A stretch of 64,000 nt of DNA from an uncultured Planctomycetaceae bacterium (GTDB lineage Bacteria; Planctomycetota; Planctomycetia; Planctomycetales; Planctomycetaceae). The notes beneath the pieces were generated by a model. That model saw nothing but the letters and a program-made list of their open reading frames with translations, had not been told where the DNA came from and ran no database searches. Where the stretch lies: the NCBI GenBank assembly GCA_963813715.1, contig CAWFAK010000017.1:192001-256000 (forward strand), read 5' to 3'. The position numbers and the translations under genes were made by a program. Below are positions 8,773-21,432 of the stretch, piece by piece; position 1 is the first letter of the stretch, and each line of letters starts with the position of its first letter.

Positions 8773-11065
8773 ATGTTGGGCCACAGCCTCGTTCTGTGGC
8801 GTTGTCTCGTTCTGGCTAGCTTTTCTGCGGTGCTTGGGACCGGACGCGCCGTTGCCGACGGCCCCAGTGTCGATTTGGCCGGACTGCCGCCGCGAACGTT
8901 GATCGCCGCGCCGCCGGATCGGGCCGTGCCGCAATGGATCAAAACCAATCTGCGGATCGGCCATCTGCCCGGCTACAGCGAACGCATGGTGCGGGAGTTT
9001 CTCAAGGCGGGCTACAACGTCGTGACGGTCAACTGCCTGGACGCGTGGCATTGCGTCGGTCCCGGGGCGGCGTGGTACTCGGCCGAACGCGTCAAACGGT
9101 CCGATGAATATCTTGCGACGCGTGGTCGATACGATTCACGCGGCGGGCGCCAAGAGCGTGCTCTACATCGGTCCCGTGCAGGTCCCCTGGCTGAGCCCGG
9201 AGCTGCGCGTGGCTCATCCGGAGTGGTTGCGAGTAAAGCCGGACGGATCGCGCGATCCGAACTTCGGCAACATCCGCAGCGGGTACGGAGATTGGCTCTG
9301 CGATCAGTTGGCCTACGTGGCCCGCACGTATCACGCCGACGGCTTTTGGTTCGACGGTTACGCGCCCGACCACTTGCATAGTTACGACGCAGCGACCGAG
9401 CGCCAGTTCGCCGCGCTCTCGGGCGGCAAGGCGATTCCGAAAGCGTTTGATCCGGTGCACGACCCGGTTGCTCGGCAGTACCTGGCGTGGCACCAGCAAT
9501 ATTTCGTCGACTTCGCCGATCGCATGCGCAGCGCGATTCGCAAAGAGAAAGCGGACGCCGCGATCTGGGCCAACTACTCGGCCAATCGCACCTGGTATTA
9601 CCCGCAGATGTACATGGGCGAGTACCCCGCCGCTTTTTGTCGCGCCGTCGACGTGTGCTCGGTCGAGCTTTACTGGGACGTTCCCGGCGACGCCCTCTAT
9701 CAGCAGTTCTGTTACGCGTTTCTACAGGGAGTGACCGGTCGCCACGGCGGCTCGGTTTGGATTCAACCCTCGGCGCACGGTGTTTCAGGCGTCGCGTCAC
9801 CGATCGAAATTCAGCTCCGCGGCCTCGAGGGCACGCCGTGGGGGATCGCGGCCGAGTTCGTGGAGTCGGCCGGACGCGAAGAGTACTTCAAACTGCACGT
9901 TGCCAACGTCAAAGCCCGCGAGGAATGGTGGCGTCAATCGGAGCCGGTGCCGTATGTGGGCATCGTCGCGTCGGAACAAACGCGAAACCTGTACGCGCAG
10001 GCCGCGTTGCCAGTCTACTTTTCCCATACGCTGGGCGCCTTCCGTGCCCTGTTTGAAAAGCATTGGCCGATCCGCGTGATGACCGAATACGACCTCGAGG
10101 ATGGCGATCTCCACGGCGTCCGCGTGCTCGTGCTGCCGAACGTCGCATGCCTCTCAGATCGGGCCGCGGAGGTTGTCCGGCGCTTCGTGCAGAACGGCGG
10201 CGGCCTGGTCGCCAGCTTTGAGACCTCACTGTACGACCAGGATTTCAAACGCCGGCCCACTTTTGCCTTAGCAGACGTCTTTCACGCGCGGTACCTGAAG
10301 ACTCATCAAGTTCAGCTGCGGAGCGAGAACCTGTCGCTGACGATTGACCGCGCCCACGAAATCGTGATCGACCCGCTCATTCGCCAAAAGCAGGCGACGG
10401 CCTGGTTGGGCGGCCTCGACGAGCTTCCCGCGAACGGCTCGCTGGCCTTGATCGCCAGCGCGGTCGAAGTCAAACCGGAGAGCGGTGGGACAGTGTTGAT
10501 GAGCTATCGCTTGAGCGAAGCGGAGAAGAACACCGGGCGGTATCCGGCCGTGATCACGTCGAGCTTCGGGAAAGGCCGCGTGGTCTATCTTCCCGCGGGA
10601 ATCGACAAGGCGATGTTTTTCTACCCCGACACCTACATGCGACAGCTCATCGCGAACGCGTGCCGCTGGGCCGCCGGCGATGAACCGCCGCCCGTCGAAG
10701 TCGAGGGACCTTTAATTCTCTCCGCCACCTTCCGTAGTCAGCCGCAGCAGGGCAGGACCGTCGTGCACCTGCTCAACGACCACAGCTCGTACGGCCGCCA
10801 TTCGATTTATCAAAAGCTCGCCCCGCTCCCCGCGGAGCTGCAAAAATCGTGGGGCTTTCCGAACCAGTCGGAGCTCCGCGGCACCTGGCCCGTCCGCGAA
10901 GAAGTGATTCCTCTGCACGACATCAAAGTCCGCTGTCGCCTGCCGCACATCACCAAGGCGACCCAGCAGCCTGAAGGCAAACCTTTGCCGATCACCCACA
11001 CGAGCGACGGGATCGAAGTCACTGTCCCCAAGGTGGAGATGCACTCGATGGTCATCTTCGAGTGA
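8773..11065 (+). CDS. Secreted glycoside hydrolase-like protein (GHL6-like TIM barrel plus beta-galactosidase trimerisation domain); frameshift near 9110
   Basis: Signal peptide; HPEWLRV, ADGFWFDG; VLVLPNVACLSD...RRFVQNGGGLVASFETSLYD; FGKGRVVYLP; RTVVHLLN. Confidence 0.75.
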
Positions 11066-11687
11066 CTTGGGCTGTGCGTTCTATCACGTTGGGCGGCATC
11101 GGCCCCACAGCATGGGGTTCAGGAACTTGGACGTCATCCCCTCGCTGAGCCACGGGGCAGCAGAGAATTGAGATTTCCGCAACGAAGCGCCCAGCCTTTG
11201 GTCCCGATGCACGAGTAAAAGTCCGCGTAAATTACCCAAGTTCGGGCGGTTTGGTTTGATTTATGCTAGGGTACTGGCCAAGTTTATAGATCTGGTGGCA
11301 TTCCGAAGTCGATTTTCGACAGGGCCAAGATAATGTACGGGACATGGGCAGACCGGCGGGCTTGGTGCGCTCCCAACCTCGTGCGCACTGTTCACCGCGG
11401 CGAGCGGAAGAGCTTCGTCGCCGACCGCAGCGACGGTTCCAATTTCCGCCAACCACAGTTCCGCCGCGGATGAGCGTGATAACCGCCGTGCCCTCATCGA
11501 CGTTGCCGTCCCGCGGCCAATGAGAACGGGCTTCGCAGTTCGTTTTTGTTCCCCCCCCGGCGAGGGGCTCACTGGAATGACGAGGCCGCAGTTCCAGGCG
11601 CTGTCGGCTCCTCCTTCAATGGCATCTTGCGGACATTCCAACGAGCAGGCTTAGCCCCCCTTCACTGAAATCTCTAACAGGCAACCA

Positions 11688-14600
11688 ATGGTCAACATCT
11701 GGAAGCAATCTTTGAGGGGCAGACGGTTCAATTTCTTTTTGGGCCGTTCCAGGTCGCGGCCGCGTCGCCGACAAAGTCGGATCTATTCCGGAAGGACGTC
11801 GGCGATCGAGTGTCTGGAAAACCGCACGATGCTGGCGGCCACCATGTTGGCTTTCGCCCAGCAGCCCTCCGCGGGAATAGCCGGCCAAGGACTGGCCAAC
11901 ATCAAGATCGATGTCGAAGACTCAACCGGCACTGTCGTGAAGACGGACACGTCGACCGTCACGATTTCGGTCGCCAGCGGGCCCGGCGGATTCGCCGTCG
12001 GCAGCACGACGAGCGTGGCGGCCGTTAAAGGCGTGGCGACGTTCAACAACCTGATCCTCGATACGGCAGGCACCTACACGCTGACGGTGATCGACGGAAC
12101 GCTGACCGGCGCGACTTCCACGAACATCGTCGTCAGCGCCGCGGCCGCCAGCCAATTGGCGTTCCAGCAGGTCCCGACGACAGGAACCGCCGGCCAGGCG
12201 GTCGCCCCAGCAGTCACCGTCGCCGTTGAAGATGCGTTCGGCAACGTGGTGACGACGAATACGTCGAACGTCAAGATTGCGCTCGCCACCGGCCCCGGTG
12301 GTTTGACGACCGGCAGCACCACGCGAGTCGCGGCGGTCAACGGCGTGGCGACATTCAACAACCTGGTCCTCGATACGGCCGGCGCTTACACGCTCCAGGC
12401 GACCGACAATTCGTTGACGGCGTCCATTTCGAGCAACATCACGATCAATTCCGGAACGTCGACCCAACTCGCGTACTCAAAACTCGCCACGACGGGAACG
12501 GCCGGCCAAGCGCTTTCTCCCGCGATCCAGGTCGCCGTCGAGGACGCGTTTGGCAATGTCGTCACGACCGACGCGTCCACCGTCACGATCGCCGTTGCCA
12601 CTGGGCCGGGCGGATTCACCGGAAGCACGACCAGCGTGGCAGCCGTCGGCGGCGTGGCGACATTCAACAATCTGGTTCTCGATACAGCAGGGACCTACAC
12701 GCTGACCTCGACCGATGGCAGCCTGACGAATGTCACCTCGGGCAATATCGTGATCGCCGCCGCCTCGGCCAGTCAATTGGTCGATCAGCTGGTTCCCACG
12801 ACAGGGACCGCCGGGCAAGCCCTCAGTCCTTCCCTCAAGGTGGCCGTAGAAGATGCCTTCGGAAATTTGGTGACGACCGATACCTCCACGGTGACGATTG
12901 GTGTCGCAAGCGGGCCCGGCGGATTTACCGGAAGCACAACCAGCACGAGCGCCGTGAGCGGCATCGCCATTTTCAGCAATCTGTACTTGGATACGGCGGG
13001 GACCTACACACTGACGGCGACCGATGGCACGCTGAAAAGCGTGACCAGCGGAAGTATCGTCATTAGCGCCACAACCGCCAGCCAGCTGGCGTATCAACAA
13101 ATTGTCACCACGGGAACCGCGGGCCAGGCGCTCGCTCCGGCGGTCACCGTGGCGGTCGAAGATGCGTTCGGCAACGTGGTGATGACAAATACATCGACCG
13201 TCAAGATTGCGGTCGCTAGCGGCCCGGGCGGATTCATTGGCAGCACAACGAACGTCGCGGCAGTCAACGGCGTGGCCACGTTCAGCAACCTGGTCTTGGA
13301 TACGGCGGGGACATACACCCTTCACGCAACCGACGGTTCGCTGACTGCCGTCACCTCGGGCAACATCACGGTCGACGCGGCGGCTGCGACCCAATTGGTT
13401 TATGAGCAGGCGCCGACACCGGTCACGGCTGGCCAGGCGATCGCCCCTGCGGTGCAAGTGGCCGTGGAGGATGTGTTCGGCAATGTCGTCACGACCGACA
13501 CCTCGACAGTGATGATCGCGGTCGCCACCGGTCCCGGCGGGTTTATCGCGGGCAGCACGACCAACGTCGCGGCCGTCGGCGGAGTGGCCACCTTCAACAA
13601 TCTGATATTGGGCACAGCCGGGAACTACACCCTGACGGCGACCGACGGCGCGCTGACGAGCGTGACTTCGGCCAGATTCGCGGTGAGTGTGGCGCCTGCC
13701 AGTCAATTGGTCTATACGCGATCGGTCTCGACGGGGACGGCCGGGCAAGCCCTCAGTCCGTCCCTCACCGTGGCGGTGGAGGACGCCTTCGGCAACCTGA
13801 TCTCGACCGACACCTCGACCGTGACGATTGCCGTCGCGAGCGGGCCCGGCGGGTTCGACGTCGCGAGTACCACCAGCGCGGTCGCCGCGAGTGGTGTTGC
13901 CACGTTCAGCAATCTGCTCCTGGACACGTCCGGGACGTACACGCTGACGGTGACCGACGGAACGCTGACGAGCGCGACTTCGCCCAACATTCTCGTCAGC
14001 GCGGCAACGGCCAGCCAATTGCTGTATCAGCAGATCGTCAACACGGGCACGGCGGGCCAGGCCCTGGCTCCGGCGGTCACCGTCGTCGTGGAAGATGCGT
14101 TCGGTAACGTCGTCACCTCCGACACATCGAATATCAAGATCGCAGTCGCTAGCGGTCCGGACGGATTCACCGGCAGCACCACGAATGTCGCCGCCGTCAG
14201 CGGCGTGGCTACGTTCAACAACCTGGTCCTCGACACGGCTGGGAGCTACTCGCTCCAGGCCACGGACGGTTCGCTGACGGCGGCCATCTCGGGCAACATC
14301 ACGATCAATCCGGCCGCCTCGTCGCAATTGGTTTATGAGCAGGCGCCGACACCGGTCACGGTGGGTCAGACCATTGCCCCGGCGGTTCAAGTCGCCGTGG
14401 AGGACGCGTTCGGCAATGTGATCACGAGTGACACGTCCACCGTGACGATCGCAGTCGCGAGCGGGCCGGGCGGATTCACCGCGGGAAGCACGACCAGCGT
14501 CGCGGCCGTCGCCGGAGTGGCCACCTTCGATCCTCTGGTGTTGGACACGTCCGGGAACTACAGCCTGACCGCGACGGACGGCGCTCTGGCGAGCGTCACT

Positions 14601-17600
14601 TCCAAGAAGTTTGCGGTCAGCACGGCGCCGGCCAGCCAACTGGTCTATACCCGCGTGGCGACGACGGGGACGGCAGGCCAGATACTCCGCCCGACGTTGC
14701 GCGTGTCGGTGGAAGACGCGTTCGGCAACGTGGTGACGAGCGATACTTCGACAATCACAGTCGCGGTCGAGAGCGGGCCCGGCGACTTCGACCCGGCGAG
14801 CACGACCAGCGTCGCGACGACGAACGGAGTCGCCAAACTCACCAACCTCATCTTGGACACCGCCGGAACGTACACGCTCGTCGCCAGCAACGGGACGTTG
14901 CCGAGTAGCGTCTCCGGCGACATCGTGGTCAGTGCGGCCTCGGCAAGTCAACTCGTGCTCGAGCAGGCGCCGACGACGGGAATCGCCGGACAAGCGCTGA
15001 GTCCTTCCGTTACGGTCGAGGTGGAAGACGCCTTCGGCAACTTGGCGACTGCCAACACGTCGACGGTGAAGATCGCCGTCGCGAGCGGACCCGGCGGATT
15101 CGACACTGCATCCACGACGAGCGCAGCGGTCACGGGCGGCATCGCTACGTTCAGCAATCTCATCCTGGATACGCCTGGGCAGTACACATTTTCGCTGAGC
15201 GACGGCAAGCTGACGGGCGCGACCACCGGCACGATCAACATCGGTTCGGGTACTGCTTCCCAACTGGTTCTCCAGCAGTCGCCGACGAGCGGGACGGCCG
15301 GACAGGCGCTGAGTCCGTCGATCACGGTGACTGTCGAAGACGCCGTCGGCAATGTGCTCACGAGCGATTCGTCGACGGTGACCGTGTCCATCGCGACCGG
15401 GCCGGGCGGGTTGGACTCCGGCAGCACGACCAGCGTCACCGTAGTCAACGGGATCGCCACATTCAGCAATGTGATCCTGGATACCGCGGGCAGCTACACG
15501 CTGTCTCTGAGTGACGGCACCCTCACGGCGGCAACGACCGGCACGATCACCATCATTGCGGGATCGGCAACTCAGTTGGTGCTGCAGCAGTCGCCGACGA
15601 GCGGGACGGCCGGCCAGGCGCTGAGCCCGTCGGTCACGGTGGCTGTCGAGGACTCCTTCGGCAACGTGATCACAGGCGATACTTCGACTGTGACGGTTGC
15701 CGTTGCCACGGGACCGGCCGGCTTCGACGCCGGCAGCACGACGAGTATGGCGGCGGTGGGTGGCGTGGCGACGTTCAGCAACTTGCTATTTGACACTACG
15801 GGCAACTACACGCTCTCCGTCAGCGATGGCGGCTTGACTCGCGCGACGACGGGTTCGATCACGATCAGTCCCGCGACGGCCAGCCAATTGGTGCTAGAGC
15901 AGTCACCGACGACGGGGACCGCCGGACAGGCGCTGGCTCCCTCCCTCACGGTGACCGTCGAAGACTCCTTCGGGAACGTGGTCACAAGCGACGCCTCGAC
16001 TGTGACGGTCGCGGTTGCCACTGGACCTGCCGGTTTCGCGGTCGGCAGCACGACCAACGTGACGCCGGTGAGTGGCGTGGCAACCTTCAGCAATTTGGTG
16101 CTCGACACCGCGGGCAACTACACGCTCTCCGTCAGCGACGGCGGATTGACCGGCGTCACCACGGGTTCGATCACGATCAGCGCGGGGTTGGCGAGCCAAC
16201 TGGTGCTCCAGCAGTCGCCGACTAGCGGCACCGCGGGGCAGGCATCGGCGCCCTGCAGGTGGCGGTCGAAGACAGCTTCGGCAACGTAATCACCGGCGAC
16301 ACCTCGACCGTGACGGTCACGGTTGCCACGGGACCAGCCGGCTTCACGACCGGCAGCACCACCAGCGCCACGGTGGCAGGCGGCATCGCGACACTCAGCA
16401 ATTTGATCCTAGACACCACGGGCAACTACACGCTTTCTCTCAGTGACACGGGATTGACCGGCATTACGACGGGTTCGATCACGATCAGCCCGACCTCGGC
16501 GAGCCAATTAGTGCTCCAGCAGTCCCCGACGAGCGGCACGGCCGGTCAAGCACTTAATGCACTCAAGGTTGCGGTCGAAGACACCTTCGGCAACATGGTC
16601 ACAAGCGACACCTCCACTGTGATGATTTCCGTTGCCACGGGACCATCCGGATTTGCAGCCGGCAGCACCACCAGCGTAGCGGCAGTGAGCGGCGTGGCGA
16701 CGTTCAGCAATTTGCTCTTTGACACGACCGGCAATTACACGCTCTCTGTCAGCGACGGCGGCTTGACTGGGGCGACCACGGGTTCGATCACGATCAGCCC
16801 CGCAGTTGCCAGCAAACTGGTGGTCCAGCAGTCGCCGACTGGCGGCACGGCCGGGCAGGCGCTCAGTGCGCTTAAGATTGCTGTGGAGGACGCCTTCGGG
16901 AATGTGATGACGGGCGACAGCTCGACTGTTATGGTCGCCGTCGCCACCGGACCCGGCGGATTTGCCACCGGCAGCACAACCAGCGCGGCCGCCGTGAACG
17001 GCGTGGCCACCTTGAGCAATCTGACTTTGGACACGGCCGGAACATACACCCTGATAGTGACCGACGGGACGCTGACGAGCGCGACTTCCGGCAACGTTGT
17101 CGTCAGCCCGGCAACCGCGAGCCAACTGGCTTACCAACAGACGCCCACAACGGGCGCGACCGGGCAGCCGCTCAGTCCTGCAGTCGTGGTCGATATCGAA
17201 GACACTTTCGGCAACATCGTGACGAGCAACACGTCGAGCGTCACGATCGCCGTCGCGAGCGGGCCGGGCGGGTTCGCCACCGGGAGCACAACCAGCGTGT
17301 CGGCCGCGGGCGGTGTGGCCACGTTCAGCAACCTGATGCTGAATACCGCTGGCAACTACACGCTGAGCGTGAGCGACGGCACTCTCACCGGCGTGACGTC
17401 GACCAGCATTACGGTCGGAATGAGCCCGCCAGTGATCACCGCGCCCGCGACGGCCTTGGTGAACGAAAACGGATCGTTGGTCTTCTCGGCGAGCAACGGC
17501 AACGCTCTCTCCCTCGCCGATAGCGGCATCGGCCTGAATGCCGACTCGCTCACCATGTCGGTCTCGCAGGGAACGTTGACCCTGGGAACGACGAACGGGC

Positions 17601-19498
17601 TGGTCTTTTCGTCCGGCAGCAACGGCGCCGCCTCATTCACGGTCAAGGGCACCGTCACGAATATCGATGCAGCCTTGAGCAGCGTGACCTATCAACCGAA
17701 CGCCAATTACGCGGGCTCGGACTCGCTCGCAATCTCGGCCTCGGATCCGGGAGACAGCAAGTCGGCGTCGACCAGCGTCGCACTGACAGTCAGCCCCGGT
17801 GTGCCGGCGATCACCGCCCCGGTTTCGGCAGTGTTGAGCGAGAACGGTTCGCTCGTCTTCTCGTCGTCTAACGGCAATGCGATCAGTTTCGTCGATGCCG
17901 GCCCGGGCGCGGATTCGCTCACGCTCACGGTCACGCACGGGACGTTGACGCTGACGACAACCACCGGGTTGACGTTCACCGGCTCGAACGGATCGGCCTC
18001 GTTCACCGTGACCGGATCGGTCGCCAATCTCAATGCGGCGCTGAACGGACTGACCTATCAACCGGCGACGCGTTACTCCGGCTCCGATTCGCTGGCCGTT
18101 TCGCTGACCGATGCGGGTGACAGCCTCTCGGTCTCGAAGAGTGTGGCGCTGACGATCAACGGCCTCGCGCCTCCGTCGATCGGGGCTCCGGCAACGGCCT
18201 CTGTGGTCCTGAACGGATCGCTCGTCTTCTCGTCGGCCAATGGCAATCCGATCTCGGTCTCCGATACGGCCGCGGGCGGCAGCTCCGACTCGCTTACGCT
18301 CGGTGTCACGAACGGAACGCTGACGCTCTCCACGACGACGGGTTTGACCTTTACGGCCGGCACCAACGGCTCGTCTTCCTTCACGGTCAGCGGAACGATG
18401 ACGAATCTTAACGCGGCCCTGAGCGGTCTGACTTATCAGCCGACGGCCGGCTACTCGGGCGTCGCGTCGCTGACGATTTCGATCGCGGATCCGGGGGACA
18501 GCGAATCGGCGTCGAAAAGCGTGGCGCTCACCGTTAACGCCCCCACAATCACGGCTCCCTCTTCCGCCGCGGTCGGCATGAGTGGCACGCTGGTATTCTC
18601 CGCAGCGAACGGGAACGCCATCACGGTGGCAGATTCCGGCCCGGGTGCCAGCTCCGATTCGCTGACCCTGTCGGCCTCGTCCGGGACGCTCACGCTCTCC
18701 ACCACGGCCGGATTGACGATTACGGCGGGCGCAAACGGCTCGGCCTCGATCACTGTGACCGGATCCGTGGCCAGTCTTAATGCAGCCCTCAACGGACTGA
18801 CGTATCAGCCGACGTCCGCCTACAAAGGGTCCGATTCGCTGGTCATTTCGCTCAATGACTCAGTCGATCGCCTTTCAGCCTCCGCGAGCGTGGCCCTCAG
18901 CAGCCTGGCCGCAATCACGGCCCCCACGACGGCGGTGACCGCGATCACCAATCCGCTGGTCTTCGCGACTGGGAACAGGTTCGGGTACGCAATCAGCATT
19001 GCCGACGTCAGCGCGGGCAGCGCGGTCGAACCGCTCACACTGACGTCGACGGATGGAAAGCTGACTTTGGGATCCACGAGCGGCATCACCTTTACGTCGG
19101 GTGCCAACAATTCGGCCTCGATGACGATCAATGGCACGCTGGCCGCGCTGAATGCCGCCCTCAATGGCCTGATCTTCTCGCCGGCGCTGATCGGGAACGC
19201 AACGATTGTCCTCTCATATGCGGACGTTGGTGACGGCCAGATGGCTTCGGCGACGATTGACATCACGGTGACAAAGGGTGTCACGAAGCTGGGAACAGGA
19301 TCCCCGGTGAGTCCCCCTGCCCCTCTGCTTGCCGCGCCCGCGAGTTCGGTCACTGCTCCGACCGGGGCAGGTACCATTTCCACCGCGAATCCGACAGTTG
19401 CCAGCCAAACGACGGACAACAGCACGCCGCCGCCCGATGTCGAAACGAGTCCCGACATCGAAGTCACTTCGCCGGCCGGCCTCCAAACTCGGCTGTAA
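11688..19498 (+). CDS. Giant (~2600 aa) surface adhesin-like protein: Planctomycete export motif, 18 Ig-like ~105-aa repeats, 5 cadherin-like ~125-aa repeats, Pro/Thr/Ser tail; frameshift near 16250
   Basis: Arg-rich leader then IECLENRTMLA; 18 VED(A/S/T)FGN-type units across ORFs 11688..16289 and 16259..19498; five ITAP...LVF units. Confidence 0.85.
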
Positions 19499-19671
19499 GG
19501 AAGTGGGACCGGGTACACGTAGGTAGCGGGAATGTTCGAACGGGGCGTTCGTGCCTCGCACGCGGGCGCCAGCGCTTGCAACGGCGTGCCGACGGACCTG
19601 CGGCACACGCATCGAAGCCCTCAGCAGGTCCCGCCTAGTCCACACCGACGGAAGCGTCAGAGGTAAGCCCG

Positions 19672-20328
19672 GTGACACAGTCCGTGAACGACCTCGTCAA
19701 TGCATTCCTGCTGGTCTATGCGGGATTATTCCCAATCGTCAATCCGATCGGCGCCGCGCCGATTTTCTTCGGCCTGACCCGAGATTGCACCGCCAACGAA
19801 CGTCGCGCTCTTGCCTTGCAAGTCGCGCTCAACAGTTTCGTGCTGCTCCTCGGCTCGCTGTTCGTCGGCTCGTATGTGCTCGAGTTCTTTGGTCTGACCT
19901 TACCGATCGTGCGTGTGGCTGGTGGGCTCGTCGTGGCCGCGGCCGGGTGGAATGTTCTCCAAGCGGGAGATAGCGGGGACGACGAGCGGACCGGGCATAA
20001 ACCTGTCGTACCGACGGACGCATTTTATCCTCTCACAATGCCGATGACCGTGGGACCGGGGTCGATCGCGGTGGCCATCACGCTCGGCAGCCAGCGACCC
20101 CGGGCGCCCCTTGCTGATGTGACCTTACTCGCGGGCGCGGCCGTCGCCGGACTGATCGCAATCGCCGCCACCATTTACGTGTGCTACCGGTTTGCCGGCG
20201 GGGCCATCGGGCGACTGGGCAAGCACGGGACAAATGTGGTGGTGCGGCTGTCGGCCTTCATCCTCTTGTGCATCGGCATCGAAATTATTTGGAGCGGTTG
20301 CAGTGCCCTCGCGCATGTTGCTCGCTAG
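19672..20328 (+). CDS. marC: MarC family membrane protein
   Basis: LFPIVNPIGAAPIFFGLT, AFYPLTMPMTVGPGSIAVAI, VVVRLSAFILLCIGIEI. Confidence 0.9.
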   Translation: MTQSVNDLVNAFLLVYAGLFPIVNPIGAAPIFFGLTRDCTANERRALALQVALNSFVLLLGSLFVGSYVLEFFGLTLPIVRVAGGLVVAAAGWNVLQAGDSGDDERTGHKPVVPTDAFYPLTMPMTVGPGSIAVAITLGSQRPRAPLADVTLLAGAAVAGLIAIAATIYVCYRFAGGAIGRLGKHGTNVVVRLSAFILLCIGIEIIWSGCSALAHVAR

Positions 20329-20330
20329 GA

Positions 20331-20355
20331 CCAGTGCCGCATTGACCGGCACTGG
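20331..20355 (+). terminator. GC-rich stem-loop just after marC
   Basis: CCAGTGCCG-N7-CGGCACTGG perfect 9-bp stem; no U-tract. Confidence 0.45.
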
Positions 20356-20452
20356 GGCCACATCTATCACTCGGACGCGAATTACCGGCATCTAGGAATG
20401 CCCTCGCTTCTCGCCGCAACGACCCTGATTTCGACGCAGTCATCCATTGAAA

Positions 20453-20496
20453 TTACAAGTTTCATTACTTGACTTTTGTAACAATGTCGCTAAGAT
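20453..20496 (+). promoter_or_regulatory. Sigma70-like promoter with an overlapping inverted repeat (candidate TetR operator)
   Basis: TTGACT (20469) -N16- TAAGAT (20491); TTACAA-N17-TTGTAA and CAAGT-N6-ACTTG overlap the -35. Confidence 0.55.
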
Positions 20497-20529
20497 TGCC
20501 CCCTGTCCACCTGGAAAAGGAGCAATCCA

Positions 20530-21417
20530 ATGAATGACGCAACTCTCGGCGGCCGGTTCACGTTCCCTGGGACGTCCCTGACGGTTCAACGGATCGGCTA
20601 TGGCGCGATGCAACTGGCTGGGCCCGGTGTGTGGGGGCCGCCCAAGGACCCCGACGGTGCCGTCGCCGTGCTTCGCGAGGCAGTCGCCGCCGGCGTGAAC
20701 CACATCGACACGTCCGACTTCTACGGCCCGCACGTGACCAACCAAATCATTCGGCAGGCGCTGCACCCGTACCCGTCCCAGTTGGTGATCGTCACCAAGC
20801 TCGGCTGCCGTCGTCCGCCGGACAAGTCGTGGGAGCCGGCCGTCTCACCCCAGGACCTGACCGAGGGCGTCCATGATAACCTTCGCAATCTGGGTTTGGA
20901 CGTGCTCGACATCGTCAACTACCGCGCGCTGGGGACGATTCACGGCCCCAAGGAGGGGCCTATCGCCGAGCAAGTGACGGTGCTCGCCGACCTGCGGCGC
21001 AAGGGGCTGATTCGCCACGTTGGTCTCAGCAACGTCACGGCCGCCCAGATCGCCGAGGCACAGGCGATCACCGACATCGTTTGCGTGCAGAACAACTACA
21101 ATCTGGCCAACCGCCACGACGATGCTCTGATCGACGACCTGGCCACGCAGGGCATCCCCTACGTGCCCTTCTTTCCGCTCGGCGGATTCACGCCGCTGCA
21201 GTCGTCCACGCTGTCAGACGTCGCGGGCCGGCTCGGCGCCACTCCGATGCAGATCGCGCTGGCGTGGCTGCTCCACCGCTCGCCTAACATCCTGCTGATT
21301 CCTGGCACGTCGTCGGTCGCCCACCTGCGCGAGAACCTGGCCGCAGGGCAGTTGACGCTCTCACCTCAAGTTTTGTCGGAGTTGGACGGAATCGCCTCGA
21401 CCGCGGTTGGGCACTAA
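20530..21417 (+). CDS. Aldo/keto reductase (YdbC-like)
   Basis: RIGYGAMQLAG, GVNHIDTSDFYGPH, GLIRHVGLSNV, LLIPGTSSVAHLRENL. Confidence 0.92.
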   Translation: MNDATLGGRFTFPGTSLTVQRIGYGAMQLAGPGVWGPPKDPDGAVAVLREAVAAGVNHIDTSDFYGPHVTNQIIRQALHPYPSQLVIVTKLGCRRPPDKSWEPAVSPQDLTEGVHDNLRNLGLDVLDIVNYRALGTIHGPKEGPIAEQVTVLADLRRKGLIRHVGLSNVTAAQIAEAQAITDIVCVQNNYNLANRHDDALIDDLATQGIPYVPFFPLGGFTPLQSSTLSDVAGRLGATPMQIALAWLLHRSPNILLIPGTSSVAHLRENLAAGQLTLSPQVLSELDGIASTAVGH

Positions 21418-21432
21418 TCAGGAGAGCAAAAC

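Noticed and set aside
11066..11687. c-di-GMP or other riboswitch upstream of the adhesin
   Set aside because: No recognisable consensus by eye; an Rfam/Infernal search would be needed to exclude it
12477..15263. 928-aa minus-strand ORF and other long antisense ORFs
   Set aside because: Shadow ORFs of GC-rich coding sequence, Arg-rich and without motifs
11850..17420. Long repeats as a CRISPR array or DGR template/variable pair
   Set aside because: They are ~315-bp coding domain repeats; no reverse transcriptase is present and no adenine-specific variation is evident
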